A DNA stretch of 64,000 nt from Cirrosporium novae-zelandiae (Eukaryota): the NCBI GenBank assembly GCA_026023565.1, contig JAPETS010000007.1, forward strand, positions 496,001-560,000, given 5' to 3'. Below the pieces are notes generated by a model. It was given only the letters and a program-made list of their open reading frames with translations, ran no database searches and had not been told where the DNA came from. Of the stretch, positions 14,094-26,059 are shown piece after piece (the stretch's first letter is position 1; each line of letters begins with the position of its first letter). The position numbers were made by a program, and so were the translations under genes.

Positions 14094-14701
14094 GGCCGGC
14101 GGAGCTTCACGGACTATCTAGTCCCTTTTTCGTTCAAAGATACCACTGTCAGGCGAGCAGCGCTTGCCCACCAATAATCCCATTCATATCAATATTATAT
14201 TTTATAGGTTATCAGAAATAACTTCGTTACCTAAACCCTGGATGTAATTAAACCTTTCCCCTATACTTTCGTTCTGGCTTTATTAGTTCATGCTATCGTA
14301 CGGTACAATACTCTTCCTCGATATATAGTATCTATCGACGGACTGTAGCCTCTTCAAGTGATCATGAACATGATACATCCACAAAAGAAAATAAAAGATA
14401 GGTTAAGGCAGTGAATTCGTTCTTGTATAGGGATCCTGTATAACACTGGTAAGTATGTAAGACCTCCACTTTGGCCCCATATTTAAGCGATAGTAATGCC
14501 AGCTATGTCTACTTTCGAGTGTTGACTAGGGATAGAGTAGCAAGACTCGGTGGAAAACTCCTATTAAATCCGCGGGAAGGAAAATTGATAAAGAAAAATA
14601 GAAATCTAATAGTCAATAAACTCGGGAAATATTTTTAACATAACATTCAAATCATCGTCTTTTATTTTATTTTCATCTTGAAACTTCAATCACTTATGAA
14701 T

Positions 14702-16892
14702 CTAGAGATTGGGGTTGATAATTTTTTCCACGATTCCTACCTCAACCTCGGGCTGAAAATAAAATAGTTTCCTCCAACTTTTCCGCCACTCCTGCCCACC
14801 TGAGGCAGGAACCGCAAAAGCACGGCTAACAAGCCATATATCTTTGCCCGCCTCGATATCCCCTAGGAACGACGGAATTACGGTCTTTGGTGTCATAATG
14901 TTTGAATTTGGATCAGCGTTGATGATTTCCCCACGTCCAGTTTTCAAACGATTCTTCGAAGTTGGGTATGTCAAGGTGAGGATTCCTGAGGCACCAGCCG
15001 AGGACACGGCAAGTGCATATGTGCTAGTAGCCTGTGTACCATCAACATACGGGTTTAAGAGTTCCAAATCGGATGCAAGTTCACAGTTCGGGAATGGAGT
15101 CAGAGCACGAAGGTTGGAACCCATGCCATATAGAGAAAAGCTACCTTCGCAGGTCTTTAGATCGCGATTTGTGCGGATGTGATGGATGCGAGTGTGCCAG
15201 TTGGGTGAATGTTCCAAGGGTGGAATAAGCCAAGTTTGGACCTCAACGTCTGACCAAGGTTTCCAATCGGCTACAAGGACAGGGGTGTCGCCGTGTTTTT
15301 CAATTCGCGCATTGTGAGGATTTGACCGTGGTTTCCACGTCTCACCATTATCATCCGAAAGGGCAAACACGGAATCCAAGCCGGACTGGGAAAGACTTGG
15401 GCCGGTAGGAACGGAGTATCCAAAGGATGAGGAGTATGCGAATTTGCCGTATTTTGCTGCGCCGGCTTTAAGGTCATAGTGTGAGGATTGGCCTGAAGAG
15501 AGAAGGAATGTGTGATTGCCAAGGTGAGATATGATGTGCTTTGGTGGATCCAAAGGCACGGTTGTGTGTACGTGGGAAGTCGGCCAAGGAGCCTCTTTCG
15601 CAGACCAGAAGGGATGTGTGGTGGGGAGGGCTAGTGTTAGAAGAGATATGCAAGCCCAGTAAGGAGATTGGGGTGAATTGTAGTTTTCGGCAAGGTACAT
15701 TTGAGAATACGTATAACCGATTGTTAAGGTGCCACTAGGGGAGAAAATTCCCGGTTGCATCGCCCACCAGCGAAGGTTGCGGAGAAGAAGACCTCGGATA
15801 TGAGACCAGGTCATAGGAGCTGGTGGGTCAACATCGGCGAAGGCAAAGGCAGACCAGAAGGAGGCCATAGCGAAGCGGTAAGTTAGTGATCGACCAAAAG
15901 GGATAGCGCGACCTGAGGGAAAGTTAGCCACGCAATGGGGCCAAAAGATAAAACCAACCTTCTGGATCAAAGTAATGCACAAAAGCCTTTGCATAATCCT
16001 GTGCTCGAATTTTATATGTCTGACAGCGCTTTGGGTCAATATCAACAGCAAATTTCGAGTATAGGAGTTGTAGATATTGGATTGCAAATGAGCCCGAGTA
16101 GTAGTCCATTTGAACATGGTCTTTGGAGCCATCATTGGAGAAGCCTTCAGCAACGTAGAATGTATCAAGATGCTCCACATCTGCTTTGATGCGGTCGATG
16201 GAGTGGGGAGCACCATTATATTTCAGCCCAAGATTAGTAAATACTCGGAACCAAAGCCTGTATCATAAGTGTAAGTTGATGAGTTAGATGGTGGTACAAA
16301 GAGAGTCGTGCGAGTGGGATAGGTTCAGTGGATGGGCTTCTGGTACCAATTATTATTCGGCATCTATTCAATTAATCGATCAGTAAACATCACAAGCAGC
16401 AGCTTTCCAGTTCTCCAGCTTTCTCACCTTCTTCTCATTGATCTTCCCAAGCCATTCAGCGACATTTTCCTTTTGCTTCTCTGTCAAAGGGTTCCAGAAA
16501 GTGTCTGGGGCAACGATCAACATGAAGCCAATTGGGCACATCTCCACCATCCTCTGATCAACATCCTCTACTGCCCCCCAATATTCAGCATGGTTCGGAT
16601 CAGTTCCGTTGATCAGCCCTTTAACCCATAATTTTGTACCATCCCATTCATATCCTCCTGCCACCAAGGCACACAAGGCCCATAATGGTCGCGCATATCC
16701 TTCGAGTTGAGCAGCACTTTCGTCAAAGTGTGCGGCCGTAGTTCCGACTTTAATACGAGCTTTTTCAGGGGAAAAGTGTTGGGTGAGAGGTTCGAGAAGA
16801 GCAATACAGGCGTCTTGCAAGTCGGTCTTGGTCCGAAAAGGTAAGTTGCAAAAGGGGGAGAGGTAATTATATTTACTTTCGGAAGAAGACAT
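14702..16892 (-). CDS. DUF2264-domain protein (family containing GH154 glycoside hydrolases), 3 introns including a 17-nt micro-exon at 16347-16363
   Basis: [69 protein letters not shown] and [10 protein letters not shown] motifs; splices into an uninterrupted frame. Confidence 0.9.
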
Positions 16893-17094
16893 GGTGGCGA
16901 AATAGTTTTAATTGGAGTAATAAATGGCAATGAGATGAGACGTAGTTAGATTTAGATGGTGGGACATATTTTTCTAATTTGAAGCGAGGTCTTGGGGAGG
17001 TCAGCCATCAGCCCCGCACCCCGCAGTGAGATGAGTACCTAGGTTGGTGGGCAAGTACATAGATAGCTGATTCATAGGATAATTATTGACTTAG

Positions 17095-17156
17095 TATTGT
17101 GTATTGTGTGTATTGTGTATTGTGTATTGTGTGTATTGTGTATTGTGTATTGTGTA
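17095..17156. repeat. Minisatellite (TATTGTG)n with TG-expanded variants
   Basis: About 8 consecutive tattgtg/tattgtgtg units. Confidence 0.95.
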
Positions 17157-18931
17157 CCATAGTTCGGTTATTATTGTTTGGTGGTCATGTGATTACACTA
17201 GCTCAGTAGCCTATAAAGGAAATTCTTGGCCTAGACATAACTGGGACAGTTCAACTTCTGCTTCAGTTGCTTAGCTAAACTATTACTATGTATGGTATCA
17301 GGCGAAATATTCCCGAGTACGGTGGGGGGGTAAATTACTCCACACGGAATTTAGCTACTTCAAGTGTAACCATTAGGCAATATTTGGTATACTGAGCCTA
17401 CTCATTAATCTTAGAATTCTTGTTTTAGACAAGGGTTGGACGGCTTGTGCACGCTAAACTTCATTACGTTAAAGTCCATGTCATATAACCGTATTTTTCA
17501 ATGAAATATAAAAGAAAAGTAACGAAACAGGAAATATTTGGTTAAAATACAGACAACCAGGGACCCTGTCAAAAGGCGGGTCTGAAACAAGAATTCTAGG
17601 ATTAATGAGTAATGTCTACTCAAGTAATGTCGTTGGACTCGAGTAACCATCATCAAAGTCAACGTTCGGGGGATCTTTTGTATTTCCGGGTCGTACACGT
17701 GACTACACGCACGTGACACAGCAGACAACAACCTACCACCTACTTAGGTAGTTTTCTGAACTAGATTATTTTAAGGAGAAAAGGGGTGCTGGATAAACCA
17801 AACCGAACTTACATCCTCGACACCTTAGCAGTTGGATGTAAAAGTAATTGACTACATAGTTAATTATCTAAACAGAAATCTGCTTCAACCAACCAACTAT
17901 TTAGCTGGGTTTGGTTGAAATAATTATTGAAATCTTCCTTTGTTGCTTATCCCTTCTTCCTTCACCTGGTCTCACCCGGTCTCACTAGGTGTCTTTCAAC
18001 CGTACAAAAATAGGATTTGTGAGTCGCACACTGGAGAGTATACATACATTGATACGATATGCCCTCCCTGTTGCCAATAACTACACTATATTTAATTCGA
18101 GAAGTTTTATGGGTTAAAATAGCCTATTCGTTAACCTGGTAATAGGGATTGGATTAGATGGCCTACGCGGCCCACACAGCACTGTCCAGTGTCCAGTGTT
18201 CAGTGGCGGTCGGCCCGATAGACTAGACTAGATGAGATGAGATTGAAACTAACCGGCTAGTTTTCCCTTGGTTAATGAACCGTACAAATAATTTCCTACC
18301 AAATGCGACCGTTGGATATTGCAGGGACCAAAGTATCCTTGTTACTATTAGTAATTACGTTTACGAAGTTTGCTTCCAAACTGGCACACTAATGGTTACC
18401 ATCTAGCAGGGGATTCCATGGAACGTTTGGAAACTGGGGTTCATTTACAGTAGTGTGCCATCGACGGCCTAAGACATCGTTAACTGAACCTTCAACTGAC
18501 AACAAGTCGAAAATGCACATACCCCAGAACACGAAAAGATCGACTACCTCGGTTGTACGCAGCTACGAGTTTAAGGAATAGAGATTAAAGATCGGACTAT
18601 TCCCTAAACGTTGCAGGAATGCCTATCAATCTCGCGTTATCTGAAGGATTATTCGTGTGATCCACACTCGTCTAGTAAATTGATGCTATGAAATTGTTTC
18701 CCCATGCTATCAAACGTATGTGCGCGCGCACGGCACCATAGGTAAAGATTATCATTTCTTGAATCCAAAGTAAAAGAGTGATCGGCCCAGATCATACCAA
18801 ATACGTATCTATATTATCCCCCCAACGTTACCTGGTAGTTATCCAACATATTCCCCAACCAACCCTGCAGCTCTCTGCCCAAGAATATTGAAGTTATCTC
18901 CCGGCTTATGAAACAAGGGGACATAATTCCC

Positions 18932-20403
18932 TTAGAAATTATTGTAGTTTTGCCTTCCCATCCGACTTCCGCTCCGTGTGCTCCCTTCCCTTTCGTAATC
19001 CACGTACACATCCGTCTTGATATTGATGTTCTTCTTTCCGCTCGGTAAGATATCCTCCTGACTTGATGTCTCAATATTCGCGACGGTGTCGCTGCCATCA
19101 TCTGTAGAGCGACCCGCGTGCGTGGTGGGGGCAGTGGTACTGCCCTTGGCGCCATATTCGACGGAAGAGAGGGGCATGGATTTACCACGGGAACGACTGC
19201 GGCTATAAGCACCGCCAATATCGTAGGAGTTGCTATGTGTTGTAGTTTTGTTGCGAACGACCGAGTAGACAGGTTTGAGAGCTGGAATAGTGGCGCAGAT
19301 GATAATAACGTACATCTCGGCCGTGTACCAGACCGTAATCTCAGCCCAAGCCCCTATTAAAAGCTGTTAGTAAAGCTTTCTCGATTTTCTGCATAGGAGA
19401 GATCGCACAGGTAATATCAGACTGGTTGGGCAAATTCTGCAGCAGGACAGCTTTCACGGTAGTAGCTGCCGCGGCACTAGAAACATAGAATTGTCAGCTA
19501 GAACGCCCGATAATGACGAAACCAGAATTTGATCATTTATAATGGTGAACCATGAAGCCACATCTATACAATGCAGATAAAATAGGCGAGCACTTTCTTT
19601 TCCTAACCATGAAGAAAGCTAGAGACGGATATTTGGGAAGCACTGACAATACGCCCACGCCTGTAACTGCTGTCAAACTAAGTTTCGTCTTGAGGTCCAT
19701 ATTCAAGGGCCAGAAAATTGTGATCGGGAACAGGGCTAATACTAAATCGGAAATCGCATTGTATGCTGATGGAAATTGTTAGCTCGACACCCATATTCGT
19801 AAGTTAAGAAGCCCAACCTACACGCTTGGATGTACGCTCCGATTAGTTGATCTTGAACGGTCATACAAACTCCAGGTACCGATGGACGCCAAATTTTCTC
19901 GGCTGGTACACAGAACCCAATAATGACAATGATACAAACAACGTTGGTGATAATCAAAATTAGGCTTAGTATGTAAAGGAACCACTTTTTCATTTTCGTC
20001 CCCCCCTGGCCCATTATTGCGAGTAGAAAGAAGACAATTGAGATCTTCCCCGTTGTAGTGCTAACCATGCAGAAAATTGAAGGAAGGACGGTATATTTGT
20101 ATGCCATGATTTGCTGTTCGGGGTCTTCGATGGACGCATAATGCCTCCCCAATCCATAATGAACACCTACAGTATCTAATGATGTGCAGACAATGGCAGA
20201 AAGCTATAGCGCATGAGTGGTCATTCAATATACGAGTAGAGAAGGTGCCTTACCAAAGAGAAGACAATGAAAAAATCATCCCACCCGGCCCTTTTAACGA
20301 CCATCAGGCGAATCCATAATCTCATTGCAACCACAATTATGGCAAGAGATCCTAGGACCCAGCCAAGGGTCTCAATAAGCGGACCTTTATTATCTGTAGT
20401 CAT
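18932..20403 (-). CDS. PTH11-like/SAT4-family rhodopsin-domain integral membrane protein without CFEM (4 introns)
   Basis: MRLWIR..GWDDFFI, YGLGRH, GKISIVFFL, C.PAEKIW...VPGVC, SDLVLALFP and E.YVIIICATIPALKP motifs; hydrophilic C-terminal tail. Confidence 0.9.
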
Positions 20404-21910
20404 CCTCGTAAATGATCAGGAATATAAGAAAGAACGTAGAAACAAAACTGGATATCGGAAGCCAGACTCTTTTAATATTGGGGAAAGATATATATAACGT
20501 AGAGTTCAGGTATCCAAGGTCAAATTCGATGACTGGTCCCCTAAGACTTCATGATGCCCCCCGAATGTCTTGATAAGTACTGGGTGACTTATCGAAGCAG
20601 GTGATCCAACGGTGGTTTTCAGTGGTCATGGCTATTGGCTGTTAACGTTCCGCTCTTGAACGTCAGGGATTTTCGGGGATAGATGATTCCTATTAGCGTC
20701 TGTTACAGAGCCAGAAACGATATGCAATGTAAAGAATTTAGAGTTGGGCAGGTCCCTTGTGCCTTGACATTTCCCTTGACAAATGTCAAAATAGGAACAA
20801 TTGACTTTGTAACCGAAGCCAACGTATGCGACATGCTGTGTAGGGAAGTTGGGGAACTGTGAAATGGACGTAAAGCACCAACGGCTCCTAAGGATATACA
20901 GTACCTACTACCGGGAGCAGCCTAACTTCCCCGGCATCCGGGGCTAACAAAAAACTAAGGGATCGCTCTTGTCAAAATAAAATGGGGCACGCCAAACCGT
21001 TACTGGTGACTGGTAATGATGCCAGACAAGCTTCGACAGACGCTATGAATTTTAATCAATAGCAGTGGGAGGATTCGAGGAAGTATTGTTTGTAGCTCTT
21101 GGTAAGGTCTTGGAAATTTGGTAGCAATGACCGATCCATTTCCATCTTGGGTAATCATCGCTTGTAGTCTCAAGTCTGAATATGGGTTGGAAGGAATGCT
21201 TAATGTTCTCTGCAGATTAAGGATATTCATGATTTGATTATTTCTGCAGGAACAATCAACTGCCGAACGCGTAAGAAGCCCATTAGGTAAGACGGAGATA
21301 GCCTCATATAGGTGTGCAATCCTAGTTCCAAAACTTCTCATAGCGAATACAGAAGTTGGTGGTAATCATAGAATGGAAGGCACAACTATATAGTTGGTCG
21401 CATATAGTTGCAGACGATACTTTCGACTCACTATCAGTCCGCCGTTGTTCCACTGTTGAAAGATACCATTAGCCCAATATGTCCCGCTTTCCGCGGTGGA
21501 GATCAGCCGGCACCGACTTTCTGATCACTAACTGCCCCCAGTCCCAAAAGCCCACCCCATAAGAATCAGATGCTCAATTGAGCCTATGTTCTGAGAGGCG
21601 CAGATTATACTTCACTAATGCACGTTAGCATTAGAAGGTTTCGTCTATCACTGAATATGGAGCTACGAAATCTCTCAAAATTACAATCAAGACACTATCG
21701 CCCTCCGAATAAGGTTCAAATGAGAGCCCATTTGAGTCTTATCATGCGAGTCCTTGAATAGATCGAATCGAAGTTGGAACAATAGTGTCAAGAAAGTGAC
21801 AACCGGTATTGGGCTTTTCCCATCCTTAAATAAGGGACATGGTCCCAGCTGTAGCAAGCTCTGACCGTATTATGAAAACTACCCCTCCTTTTCTAAACTG
21901 ATATTCGACA

Positions 21911-23525
21911 ATGACAGTTCAATCCCAAGCTGAAGAAGTGTTGAGACTCGTAGGTGAGATTGATACAGCATCTCAAGGGTTCAAAGACTCTGCTCCCTCC
22001 GAAACGACGAGAATCGCCACATTGGAAGCAGCAAAGAAATTAGTGGCTACGTTAGACAAGCCAGAAGATACTATATACAAGCATGCTTACCTGGTAATCT
22101 TCATGATGCATAACCCGCGTGTTGTTGTTGTGGTTTTCAGGATGCTAAGCTTGCTTTTCAACTCTTTAGCCTACCCAAACCTTTGCGTCGAGAGTAGCCA
22201 TTGACCTCGATATCTTCAATATTCTCATGAAAGCCGATGGCCCCATGACTGCAAAAGACTTGGCCGAAGTCACCGATGCTGATCATGTTCTTATTGGTCT
22301 GTATCTAAGATTGCTTCCATAAGGTATAAAGTCATGGGTGCGCTAATATTTTCCCTTATAGTTCGAGTAATGCGCATCCTTGCGTTGATCAATTTCGTGA
22401 CAGAAACTGGGCCTCAAACTTATGCACCATCGGCTCTAACAAAGACGTTGACAGATAAATTCATCCGGGGCATGCTCAAATCAATGTATGTTATTATTAA
22501 TACCCAATTCACCACTCGCAGTAAGCCAAATCAGGCCAATTTCATGCCGATCGGTTTGTCTGAAAACCTCCCGGTACGTCGTGCGGTCCAATCGACTCCG
22601 AATTTAGGACATGATCTGGATCTGCTCATAGTACACTGGTGATGGCTTCAGGCACAACCGATAAGCCCCAGTGTTCATGCTTGCTGCACATTGATTTATT
22701 ATAATCACCCGTCTGATCAATCTAGTCGTTATGCTGATGATCAATATTCATATTAGATATGATATAGGGACCTTGGTATTGGCAAGCAGCCCGCAATACC
22801 TCAGAAACATCAAGCATCAGAACCACTTAACTCAATCCAAAGGCCCATTCGAATTTGCAAACAGAACAGACTACAACTTATTTGGATGGCTTGGCACTCA
22901 TCCCGAGGCCTTTGATGACTTCAACACTTTCATGGAAGGCAACCGTGGAAGCAGGCCGGCTTGGGTGCATTGGTACCCAGTTGAAAAACAGATTCTCGAG
23001 GGCTTCGATAGCAAGGAAGATGCAGTGTTGTTCGTGGATGTTGCTGGGGGACGTGGACATGACCTGGAAGTATTCAGGTCAAAATTCCCGCAAGCTCCTG
23101 GTCGACTAGTACTTGAAGATCTTCCGAGCGTAATTGATGATTCCAAGGGTTTAAACGAACGCATTGAGAAAGTCAAGCACGACTTTTTCACACCCCAACC
23201 AATCAAAGGCGCTCGTGTCTACTATATGAAGTTTGTTCTCCATGACTGGGAAGATGGGAAATGTGGAGAAATTTTAAAGCATATCACTGCAGCCATGACT
23301 AAAGGATATAGCAAGCTCATTGTGGAAGATTTTATTCTTCCGGACGTTGGCTGCCCTCTTCTACCGGCCATGTGGGATATTGAAATGATGGCCTTTTGCA
23401 ATGCTCTGGAGAGGTCAAGACAGCAGTGGTTGGATCTTATGGAATCTTGTGGTCTTGAGGTTAAAGGGTTCTGGCCTCCACCTGGAGATGGCCAAGGAAT
23501 TATCGAGGCGATGCTGAAGGAGTAG
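21911..23525 (+). CDS. Fungal SAM-dependent O-methyltransferase (secondary-metabolism type), 3 introns
   Basis: FVDVAGGRGHDL, LVLEDLP, HDFFTPQPIKGARVYYMKFVLHDW and ERS..QW motifs; introns ~22094-22169, ~22297-22361 and 22486-22756 preserve the frame. Confidence 0.93.
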
Positions 23526-24316
23526 GATGTGTATCTTTGGGGGTAGAGTAGTCTCTCCACTAAGAATTGGCAAAGCCTTTGTGAATCTAATTGGGATAGA
23601 AAGCCATGGGCGTGATGTATTTGCCACCAAATTCGTATAGGAGGGATTTTTCGGAAATAGATAGTTGTAAATTGCCTAATAAATGTTAGACCATTTATTG
23701 ATAAACCTAACCTTTAACCTGCCACAGTTTGTATTGCATTAATATCCTTTGATGTGTATGGTTTATAGGGCGCTGGTAAGGAGCTCGGCATGGATTTTGG
23801 AGCACAGCTGGCATCTAAAAGTAGTCAGCCTTAAATGCCAAGTTTGGCGCTAAAGCTTAAACTTGTAGCCGCCACTACCACGACCCTTAGCTACTTCGGG
23901 TAGTTTCTTAAATCCTTTAAGGTGTACCCGTTACAGCACTTACTTCCTATTGGTCAGCCGTCGGTGACCGAACCCCCTAAGAATGAACTTCTGGTTCCTA
24001 TTTTCTATATATGAATTCAAGGGTGGCTTTTGATTCGGCAATAATACACAGACTGCCATCATACACCCGATCTATACTTTTTGCGCAGCCAAACATTTCA
24101 GCTGCTCCCTTGCGAGCATAAGATCTTCAAAATCAATATCTCTTCTATCATGCCCGTTGATCTCTTGCACCGTCATACTAGACGCCCCTCTGTTCGGAGC
24201 TTCAAATCCCCCTCTTGCTAGTTCATATAACGTAATTCCTCCCTCACTTCCTTCCATCACATCCATAATTCTCATATTTCGAGAACAAAAGAAAGCGGTC
24301 TGAAGTATTATCTCTA

Positions 24317-26059
24317 TCATTGTCGTGGTTCCATACCATAAAAAGCATTTGCAAATTCTTCTCCATTCCCTATTCCTCCTACATATCTTGCGTCCTGGGT
24401 CCCAACCCCTAGTGCGCTTAATTGTAACTGGTCACCGATCAACTCACCATCTCCTTCCAGACCAGACGAACTGATACCATCCATCTGCATCATTCCACCC
24501 ATCTCAGCTGCAGGTGCAAGTGAACTTACCGCGATGGCTGACTCGAGATCGGTTTCAGGATCAAGTTGGACTGGATTGGCGGACGATGATGTGTCTTCGG
24601 AGGAGTTGGGGGTGGGATTCTGGTTTTGGTTCTTGGTATTAGGCTGAGGCACTAATGATGATGGATGGTGATGGTGAGAGCGAGAAGAGTTAGATGGGGT
24701 ACGCTGATACGCCGATGGGGGATAGCCTTGTTGAGTTGCGGTAGCCATGCTAGTCATGATCTGTGGGTCTAGAGGAATGTTCGGATATTCCGGTGGAACA
24801 CCTTGATGAAGGTGGTGATTCGAAGAGGAAAACGTTTGGCGGGCGTTAGTGTCGGCATCCACCATTGTAAGATCTCCGACCGGCTGAGAAGGGCTATGGC
24901 GTGCTTTGGAGTCGACAATGGTTTTTGCCTGTCCTTGTACATCCATAGCGTTGCCACGTCTTGATGGTATGGAGTCAGAGGATCTTGTAGCAATAGGCGC
25001 CTTGTTCAAATCTTTGCACTCGGCGCAGTTTTTGATAACAGTGCTGACTGTTTCTTTGATCCGAACCCAATGATACTTTTCAGCAATTGTTGCTGTCGTT
25101 TTGTTAATTCCGCCATGATTCTGGGCGTGCACTTTTCTCGCGATATCATACTGAGCAGCTGGGTCGGCAATGACCTCTTTGTCTTTCAGCATCAGAATTT
25201 CTTCACCGTTGTTGTCAGATGCAACTAGTTTATAGTGTGTTGCAGCACTTCGAAGGCGTGATTTTTCCGCTCGATCAGCGCCACTTGGATATTTTCCGTG
25301 CTTCAAATAAAAGCGTATCTTGTCAAATCGTTCTTCAGAGACAAGATCTTCTCCTTCTTGCCCTAGGTCTCGACCATAAATGATAGCATCTATAAATTCA
25401 TCTGGATATGAACGAAGCTGCCCGCAGCCCTTAACACGACCAATACGCTTAAAGCCTAGGGCTTCCCAGATCCGACAAGACGCTACGTTGGTTTCGTAAA
25501 CAAGATTGAATACTGAATAGGTGTAACCTAGTTTAGGTGCCCAGTCAAGATAGCATTCACCCATTAAACGCCCAACGCCTCGATTTCTGGAGGTATCCGT
25601 GACAAGAAAACCTCCATTGCAAACATGAGAACTGCGACCTGGGTAGTTTGGTTTGATGTAGAAGCTGCCAAGGCATACCTTCTCCCAATCGGTACGAGTT
25701 TGCTCCATTTGTGAGACAGTAGAGGTATCTGCAATGTTGCCAAGGAACATGATAGCACCAAAATTTGCAAACCAATAAGGGCCAAAGAGTTCTATGGGCA
25801 ACGGAGAATTCATTGGGTAGGTGTCACCTTTTTCGATTTCACGATTGAGCTGGTCGCAAAGATAGACAAGGAGAGACTGGGGAACTTGAGAAGGACATGA
25901 AAACGGAACAAGCGTTGCAACAGTAACACGGTCACGAAGAGTTACCTGACGTGAAGAGATTGCAAGCGGCAGCTGAGGATTCCCGGGGTCTGGATAGGGT
26001 GGTTGACCGGATGTGCGGTAGAAGATTGGAGTATTTGGATCATCCAGCATGGCCGGCAT
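24317..26059 (-). CDS. SPT10: Spt10-like histone acetyltransferase (GNAT domain plus HHCC zinc-binding domain)
   Basis: LGSFYIKPNYPGRSSHVCNGGFLV, RNRGVG, YSVFNLVYETNVAS, then H..NHGGINKTT...KYHW...C..C; intronless 580-aa ORF. Confidence 0.85.
   Translation of the reverse strand: MPAMLDDPNTPIFYRTSGQPPYPDPGNPQLPLAISSRQVTLRDRVTVATLVPFSCPSQVPQSLLVYLCDQLNREIEKGDTYPMNSPLPIELFGPYWFANFGAIMFLGNIADTSTVSQMEQTRTDWEKVCLGSFYIKPNYPGRSSHVCNGGFLVTDTSRNRGVGRLMGECYLDWAPKLGYTYSVFNLVYETNVASCRIWEALGFKRIGRVKGCGQLRSYPDEFIDAIIYGRDLGQEGEDLVSEERFDKIRFYLKHGKYPSGADRAEKSRLRSAATHYKLVASDNNGEEILMLKDKEVIADPAAQYDIARKVHAQNHGGINKTTATIAEKYHWVRIKETVSTVIKNCAECKDLNKAPIATRSSDSIPSRRGNAMDVQGQAKTIVDSKARHSPSQPVGDLTMVDADTNARQTFSSSNHHLHQGVPPEYPNIPLDPQIMTSMATATQQGYPPSAYQRTPSNSSRSHHHHPSSLVPQPNTKNQNQNPTPNSSEDTSSSANPVQLDPETDLESAIAVSSLAPAAEMGGMMQMDGISSSGLEGDGELIGDQLQLSALGVGTQDARYVGGIGNGEEFANAFYGMEPRQ

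Noticed and set aside
14702..16892. Apparent frameshifts between the DUF2264 ORFs
   Set aside because: Explained by canonical introns and a 17-nt micro-exon; the gene is intact.
19480..19650. Long (~170-nt) intron in the PTH11-like gene as a second hairpin intron
   Set aside because: No extended self-complementarity and no similarity to the OMT intron could be seen.
21000..21341. 113-aa minus-strand ORF between the PTH11-like gene and the OMT
   Set aside because: No motif or splice support; likely chance or an unrecognisable relic.
25015..25135. Integrase-type HHCC motif as a retrotransposon
   Set aside because: It is the known zinc-binding domain of Spt10; no RT or integrase core is nearby.
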